Source: Acidimicrobiales bacterium
GTDB taxonomy: Bacteria > Actinomycetota > Acidimicrobiia > Acidimicrobiales > VFJN01
Assembly (NCBI GenBank): GCA_036570385.1
Contig: DATCYI010000010.1
Coordinates: forward strand, 1 to 37,806
Reading direction: 5' to 3'
DNA length: 37,806 bases
The position numbers and the translations under genes are program-made. Below the pieces are notes generated by a model. The model had not been told where the DNA came from. It searched no databases and worked only from the letters and a program-made list of their open reading frames with translations. Position 1 is the first letter of the stretch; every line of letters begins with the position of its first letter. Below are positions 33,217 through 37,806 of this stretch, one piece after another.

Positions 33217-34026
33217 ATGTGGAAGGCTCTCCTGCTCGGTGCGGTCGAGGGCATCACCGAGTACCTGCCCGTCAGCTCCACCGGGCACCTGCTCGTGGCC
33301 GCTCGGATGCTCGGCCTGGGGGACGTCTCGGACGGCTCAGCACTCGGCACCTACGTGATCGCCGTCCAGGTCGGTGCCATCCTCGCGGTGCTCGGGCTCT
33401 ACCGCGAGCGGTTCCGTTCCCTCGCTGTTGCAGCGGTCGGCGGCGCAGTGGAGGTCCGGTCCCTGGCCATCGCCATCATCGTGGCGTTCATCCCGGCCGG
33501 CGTCGTGGGCTCCCTGCTCGCCCCGACGATCAAGGCGCACCTCTTCAGTGCCTGGCCGATCGTCGCGGCATGGGCCGTCGGCGGGCTCGTGCTACTGGTA
33601 TGGGCACCGAGTCCACGGTTCGACGGCACGCAGATCCTCGGCGTGTCGGTTCGGCAGGCCGTAGTCATCGGCGGCGCTCAGGTCCTAGCTGTGTGGCCCG
33701 GAACCAGCCGAAGCCTCGTCACCCTCCTGGCTGGCCTCGGCGTCGGCTTGACGATCGCTGCCGCCATCGAGTTCACGTTCTTGCTCGGAGCACTGACCCT
33801 GACTGCAGCGACGGTGTGGGACCTCGCGCGCAGCGGACCCGAGCTCGTAGAGGCCTTCGGGTGGGCACCTCCCGCGGCGGGTGCGCTCGCAGCCCTGCTC
33901 ACGGCGCTGGCATCCGTGCGATGGATGACCAGGTATCTCGAACACCGACCGATGCGCGTGTTCGGGTACTACCGGCTGGGGTTGGCGAGCATCGTCGCCC
34001 TGATGCTCAGCGTCGGCATGTTGTGA
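33217..34026 (+). CDS. uppP: Undecaprenyl-diphosphate phosphatase
   Basis: MWKALLLGAVEGITEYLPVSSTGHL is the canonical N-terminal motif, and PGTSRS is the second motif. The track ORF starts at TTG 33070, so an N-terminal extension cannot be excluded. Confidence 0.88.
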   Translation: MWKALLLGAVEGITEYLPVSSTGHLLVAARMLGLGDVSDGSALGTYVIAVQVGAILAVLGLYRERFRSLAVAAVGGAVEVRSLAIAIIVAFIPAGVVGSLLAPTIKAHLFSAWPIVAAWAVGGLVLLVWAPSPRFDGTQILGVSVRQAVVIGGAQVLAVWPGTSRSLVTLLAGLGVGLTIAAAIEFTFLLGALTLTAATVWDLARSGPELVEAFGWAPPAAGALAALLTALASVRWMTRYLEHRPMRVFGYYRLGLASIVALMLSVGML

Positions 34027-34044
34027 TGCGCGATTTGAGATCGC

Positions 34045-34938
34045 GTGACGACCCCCGCGAAGGTACGGCACCTAGTACAGGTTGTAGCACCAGAGGGGAG
34101 CACTCCGTTGGGCACAGGCGACGTACCGTTCGAATGGGCGCCGGACGTTTGGCTGCTCATGGTTGCGATCGGGGCGGGCTACCTCTGGGCGCTGCGCCAC
34201 CTAGGCCCCCGGGTGGCACCCGATGCGGGCGACCAGCGGCGTCAGGTGGTGCTGTTCGCCGCAGGGCTGGCAGTGCTGACCATCTCGGCCTCCTGGCCAA
34301 TCGACGCCATCGGCGATGGCTACCTCTTCAGCGTGCACATGGCGCAGTACCTGCTCATGTCGCTGATCGCGGCACCGCTCCTGCTTGCCGGGGTCCCCGC
34401 CTGGCTCCTGCGAGAGCTCACCGTTCCCATCCGGCCCGTGCTCTCATGGCTCACTCGACCGCTCGTCGCCCTGCTGATCTTCGACGCGGTGATGGTCATC
34501 ACGCACTGGCCCGCCCTGGTCGATCTCTACCTTCGGGTCGACGTGGTGCACTTCGGGATGCACGTGCTGTGGGTTGCGAGCGGTCTTCTGTTCTGGATGC
34601 CCGTGCTGAGTCCGATCCCGGAGTACCGGCGGCTGGTGGAACCCCTCCAGATGGGCTACCTGTTCTTGTCGTCGATCATCCCGACCGTGCCGGCCTCGTT
34701 CCTCACATGGGCAGAGCAGCCGCTCTACGACCTCTACACCGAGGCGCCCCGCCTCTGGGGGCTCACGGCCATCCAAGATGTGCAGGCCGCTGGAGCCATC
34801 ATGAAGCTCGGCGGCGGCGTCATCTTATGGTCGGTCATCACGGTGATCTTCTTCCGATGGGCCGCCGCGCAGGGCGTGGAGCGCTCCGCCACGACGGCTA
34901 CCTCGAATGGAGCTACGCCACGCGCAGGACACCGCTGA
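34045..34938 (+). CDS. ctaG: Cytochrome c oxidase assembly factor CtaG (caa3-CtaG family membrane protein)
   Basis: Multi-TM with YLFSVHMAQYLLMSLIAAPLLLAG, HWPALVDL, VHFGMHVLWVASGLLFWMPVLSP and QDVQAAGAIMK. GTG start in the track, uncertain. Confidence 0.85.
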   Translation: MTTPAKVRHLVQVVAPEGSTPLGTGDVPFEWAPDVWLLMVAIGAGYLWALRHLGPRVAPDAGDQRRQVVLFAAGLAVLTISASWPIDAIGDGYLFSVHMAQYLLMSLIAAPLLLAGVPAWLLRELTVPIRPVLSWLTRPLVALLIFDAVMVITHWPALVDLYLRVDVVHFGMHVLWVASGLLFWMPVLSPIPEYRRLVEPLQMGYLFLSSIIPTVPASFLTWAEQPLYDLYTEAPRLWGLTAIQDVQAAGAIMKLGGGVILWSVITVIFFRWAAAQGVERSATTATSNGATPRAGHR

Positions 34939-34959
34939 CGAGTCACCAGGAGCGAGGCG

Positions 34960-34989
34960 TCGATCTCTGCGCCGGAGCGTCGAGATCGA
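34960..34989. terminator. Hairpin between convergent ctaG and the M56 gene (8-bp stem TCGATCTC/GAGATCGA, 14-nt loop)
   Basis: tcgatctc-tgcgccggagcgtc-gagatcga. There is no U-tract, so it is only a candidate. Confidence 0.3.
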
Positions 34990-35895
34990 TCAGCCGAGGA
35001 CAGCCATAAGCGCTGGCAAGTCGCCGCCAGCTACGTGACCCATGAGCCCGGCCGCGACCGCGGCGAGTGCGATGAGGCCGGCGGCGGCGGCGAGTGGGAA
35101 GACAGCTGTCGATGCATCTGGAGGGAGGACGAGAAGCCGAGCGCGGTGCCGAACCTGCTCCGCTCTTCCGTACGGGAGCCGCAAGGAATCCCCCACGGCG
35201 CACATCGCCGCTCCCAATCGATGTCGGCGGCGGGGATCTCCACCGGCGGCGGTCTCGTCGGCAGCTCGCTCGACGGCTAGGCGCAACGCCGTCGTGCTGC
35301 GAAGGACTCCTGTCGACCATCCGAACGCTCCGTCCGCGAGCGCCGCCACCAGCAGCGCCCGGCCATGCCGCGCACGCAGGTGAGCGCGCTCGTGATCGAT
35401 CACTAACGCCACGAGGTCATCTCCTATGGAGTCTCTCAAGCCCTCCGAGATGACGACCTGCGGAGGGGACCCCTCCACGCTGTAAGCGAGCGGCGACGAA
35501 GTCGGAACGACGACCACTTCGTGGTCCCCGAGATCGTGGTGCTCGCCCAGCCAGCTATCGACGTGAGCGGAGCGGCGACCGCGACGAGCCCGAACAGCGG
35601 CGCCCGAGAGCTGGGACGCCATGAGTCCAAGGGCTGCCAGCGAGGCGACGGAGGCGGCGATCCCGCCTGGAGAGACGTGCCCTTCGAACTGGACCAGCGG
35701 TGCTCCAGCTACGAGGTGGAGCACGCCGATGACGAGAGAGGTGCAGAGACCCGTCGCGACCGACACCAGGCCGAAGATGACGGCCGCCATGTCGAGCGTC
35801 ACGAACGTGCGTGGGTTGCCCCGCAGCGCAGCTGTTGCGCCCAGGCCGGGCAGCACCAAGGCGACGCCACCGAGCCAGATGAGGAGGAGCGTCAT
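34990..35895 (-). CDS. M56-family (BlaR1-like) membrane metalloprotease / signal transducer without a sensor domain
   Basis: Four N-terminal TM segments and a zinc motif HERAH in LVALVIDHERAHLRARHG. The start overlaps the blaI-type stop by 4 bp. Confidence 0.8.
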   Translation of the reverse strand: MTLLLIWLGGVALVLPGLGATAALRGNPRTFVTLDMAAVIFGLVSVATGLCTSLVIGVLHLVAGAPLVQFEGHVSPGGIAASVASLAALGLMASQLSGAAVRARRGRRSAHVDSWLGEHHDLGDHEVVVVPTSSPLAYSVEGSPPQVVISEGLRDSIGDDLVALVIDHERAHLRARHGRALLVAALADGAFGWSTGVLRSTTALRLAVERAADETAAGGDPRRRHRLGAAMCAVGDSLRLPYGRAEQVRHRARLLVLPPDASTAVFPLAAAAGLIALAAVAAGLMGHVAGGDLPALMAVLG

Positions 35896-36263
35896 CGCTT
35901 GCGCGATCCGAGCAGGCGGCGCAGCTGACCTCGGTTCGTCGCATCGAGGCCGTCCAGGAAGTGGCTCAGCGCGACCTCAGGATCATGCGCGGCGGCGAGC
36001 AACGCCACCATGCGCTCAGCGGTGCGCTCCTCGCGGCCTTGGACCGGGTGGTAGGCGAACGCCTTGCCCTGCTTTCGGCGCTCCAGCACTCCCTTCTTCC
36101 AAAGCCGGCGCAGGATGGTCATCACCGTCGAATAGACCACTGGCGGCTGCGGCGGAAGCTTTTCGAGCACCTCTCGGGGGGTCATCCAGGCATCGACCTC
36201 CCACAGCACCGCCAAGGCCTGGGCCTCGAGCTCGCCCATAGCACGACGTGTTGCGCCGCTCAT
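35892..36263 (-). CDS. BlaI/MecI/CopY-family winged-helix repressor
   Basis: From ATG 36263: MSGATRRAMGELEAQALAVLWEVDAWMTPREVLEKL...VVYSTVMTILRRLWKKGVLERRKQGKAFAYHP. Confidence 0.85.
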   Translation of the reverse strand: MSGATRRAMGELEAQALAVLWEVDAWMTPREVLEKLPPQPPVVYSTVMTILRRLWKKGVLERRKQGKAFAYHPVQGREERTAERMVALLAAAHDPEVALSHFLDGLDATNRGQLRRLLGSRKR

Positions 36264-36358
36264 CCCACACTCCGCCGGCGCCTCACGAACGCTGAGCGTA
36301 CCGGTCGAAGCGCTCAGCTGAGCCCGAGGGCAGGCTGGATTGGCGAGATGGGCCTGAA

Positions 36359-36374
36359 GTACGACACGGTGTAC
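36359..36374. promoter_or_regulatory. GTAC-N8-GTAC dyad (TACGAC..GTGTA) in the blaI/cupredoxin divergent region; cop-box/BlaI-box-like
   Basis: gtacgacacggtgtac. A separate perfect 8-bp inverted repeat, GCTGAGCG-N12-CGCTCAGC, lies at 36291-36318. Confidence 0.35.
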
Positions 36375-36451
36375 CACGTCGCCGTTGCTCAGCACCGAGT
36401 GGGTGATCACGAGTCGCACCCCATGTCGCGCTCTACGGCAGGAGACCGAGG

Positions 36452-36877
36452 ATGCCCCAGGAGTCAAAGACCAACACCTACTCACGCCGAACGGCCCTCC
36501 AGCTCGGTGGCGGGACGATGCTGGCGTTGATCCTCGCCGCCTGTGGCGACGATGGCGGCGAGGAGGCCGGCGCGACGTCCGGCGTGGTCGGCGACGAGGC
36601 GAACCCGGTGACGTCCTTCACCATCGTGGCAGACGACATGGAGTGGGACCTCGATCGCGTGGTCGTCCCCGCGGGGGCAGAGGTGACCGCGACGATCGAG
36701 AACCGCGACGAAGGCATGCCACACAACCTGCACGTGAAGTCACCGGGGGACCCGAAGACGGAGCTCGAGGCTGGCCCGGTCATGCAGACACTTCGCTTCA
36801 CCATCGACGAGGCAGGCAACTACGACTTCGTGTGCGACATCCACCCGAACATGACCGGCACGATCCAGGCGGTCTGA
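36452..36877 (+). CDS. Tat-signal lipoprotein cupredoxin (blue copper protein)
   Basis: SRRTALQLGG (twin-Arg) and lipobox ILAACG. Type-1 Cu ligands MPHNLH ... FVCDIHPNMTG. Confidence 0.8.
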   Translation: MPQESKTNTYSRRTALQLGGGTMLALILAACGDDGGEEAGATSGVVGDEANPVTSFTIVADDMEWDLDRVVVPAGAEVTATIENRDEGMPHNLHVKSPGDPKTELEAGPVMQTLRFTIDEAGNYDFVCDIHPNMTGTIQAV

Positions 36878-36884
36878 TCCACTC

Positions 36885-37544
36885 ATGCTGCCGCTGGCGT
36901 TCGCTGGCTATCTGACTGCCGTCTTCGCGTCCGCCGTCGCGGCAAGCGTCGCGGCGGGCATCGGCGGTGACGCTGAGGGACTCGTGGTACTGCTGCCGAG
37001 CCAGGTCGCGTTCTGGGCCGTGCTCATCGGCACCGTGGTCATCGCACGCCGGGGCGGCATGCTCGGCGGGCTCACCGACCGCAGCGCGTTGCGGTTCCGT
37101 CGGATCGACCTACCGATCGGAGCAGTGGTCGGCGTTGCCACACAGCTCCTGCTGGTTCCGGCGATATATCTCCCATTCCGGGGCTTCATCGAACTAGACA
37201 GCCTCTCGGAGCCCGCCGAGGATCTGATCGGCGGAGCTCATGGCATCGGGCTCATCGCGTTGGCGGTCGCGCTGGTGGTCGTCGCTCCGATCGTCGAGGA
37301 GCTCTTCTTCCGCGGGCTTCTGCTCGAGGTCATGGCGCACAGGTGGGGCGGCGCATGGGCTGTCGCCGGGTCTTCCGTGTTCTTCGGCGCAACGCACTTC
37401 CAACCCCTCCAGTTCCCCGCTCTAACGCTCGCAGGAGCCGTGTTCGCGGTCGCTGCTCTCCGCGCGCGGCGGCTTGGCCCCGCCGTGACCACACACGCCG
37501 CGTTCAACGCGACCACGTTCACGACACTCGTCCTCAGCTCCTAG
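36885..37544 (+). CDS. CPBP-family (CAAX/Abi) intramembrane glutamic endopeptidase
   Basis: Motifs APIVEELFFRGLL, FFGATHF and THAAFN in a multi-TM protein. Confidence 0.85.
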   Translation: MLPLAFAGYLTAVFASAVAASVAAGIGGDAEGLVVLLPSQVAFWAVLIGTVVIARRGGMLGGLTDRSALRFRRIDLPIGAVVGVATQLLLVPAIYLPFRGFIELDSLSEPAEDLIGGAHGIGLIALAVALVVVAPIVEELFFRGLLLEVMAHRWGGAWAVAGSSVFFGATHFQPLQFPALTLAGAVFAVAALRARRLGPAVTTHAAFNATTFTTLVLSS

Positions 37545-37588
37545 CTGCCGGCCGAATGTGACCCCGACCGCAACTCCGAGGTGCACCC

Positions 37589-37806
37589 ATGTCACTGATG
37601 CGAGCGCTGAGCCATCCCCTCACCGCGCAACGGCGCCGGACCTCAGCTCACCGAGAGGCGCACACCGCCCTGGTACCCCGCTCGCGAACCTCGAGAGCCG
37701 TCGTCCTGGTCGTCGCCGCCTTGGGGCTGGCGCTGGCCACCCCGAACGCCTATGCGATGGATGAGCCCTTCGACGGCGCGATCCCGATGACGCAGACCCA
37801 GTCTCG
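37589..37806 (+). CDS. 5' part of a secreted protein gene (runs off the window)
   Basis: ATG 37589 is preceded by GAGGTG. MSLMRALSHP...AVVLVVAALGLALATPNAYA|MDEPFDG is signal-peptide-like. No stop before the window end. Confidence 0.35.
   Translation, partial: MSLMRALSHPLTAQRRRTSAHREAHTALVPRSRTSRAVVLVVAALGLALATPNAYAMDEPFDGAIPMTQTQS

Noticed and set aside
1-37806. Looked for CRISPR arrays, intact IS elements or transposases, rRNA, additional tRNAs, and a second copy of the tRNA-Arg 3' end (attR).
   Set aside because: None was found on visual inspection of intergenic regions. The att search by eye is not exhaustive and should be repeated computationally, including sequence beyond the window.

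Overview
High-GC, Actinobacteria-type chromosomal segment; I cannot name the taxon. All calls come from reading the ORF translations and the raw sequence. No database search was run, so family names are motif-level calls. (1) 1-7.1 kb is core genome on the minus strand: a secreted S1 protease, then argS-lysA-hom-thrC with overlapping stop/start codons, then an orphan receiver-domain response regulator. (2) 7.2-8.8 kb holds a 42-bp tandem repeat, followed by a translationally coupled HTH gene and a nucleotidyltransferase-fold gene (AbiE-like type IV toxin-antitoxin / abortive-infection candidate). (3) tRNA-Arg(CCG) lies at 8921-8995, followed by a strong hairpin and a frameshifted, N-terminally truncated tyrosine-integrase relic. 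(4) From there to the window end (about 28 kb) the sequence reads as a composite metal/metalloid-resistance island. Its modules are: a Cys-rich MerR plus YnfA; arsR-acr3-arsC, with a possible Cys-rich micro-ORF downstream; a CmtR-like regulator with an HMA-fused cation-efflux protein and LspA; a CmtR-like regulator with a P1B-ATPase, DsbA and VKOR; and an ArsR/SmtB regulator with an ICMT-family protein and a CDF transporter. It ends in a roughly 13-kb copper block: a NirK-like protein, two cupredoxins, a CopC-CopD fusion, DUF305, a thioredoxin-fold lipoprotein, CtaG, UppP, a BlaI/CopY-M56 pair and a CPBP protease. Module junctions carry gene remnants: ICMT, MFS and cyclase fragments, and a duplicated 3' end of an M23 peptidase gene. 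The least explained content is a set of uncharacterised genes inside the copper block that encode membrane or secreted, His/Cys-rich proteins (26629-28425 and 30080-32126). Also poorly explained are the coupling of a thiophilic-metal ATPase to a dedicated DsbA/VKOR pair, and the AbiE-like module with its repeat array. No CRISPR array, intact IS element or rRNA was seen. The right-hand island boundary is not visible in the window.
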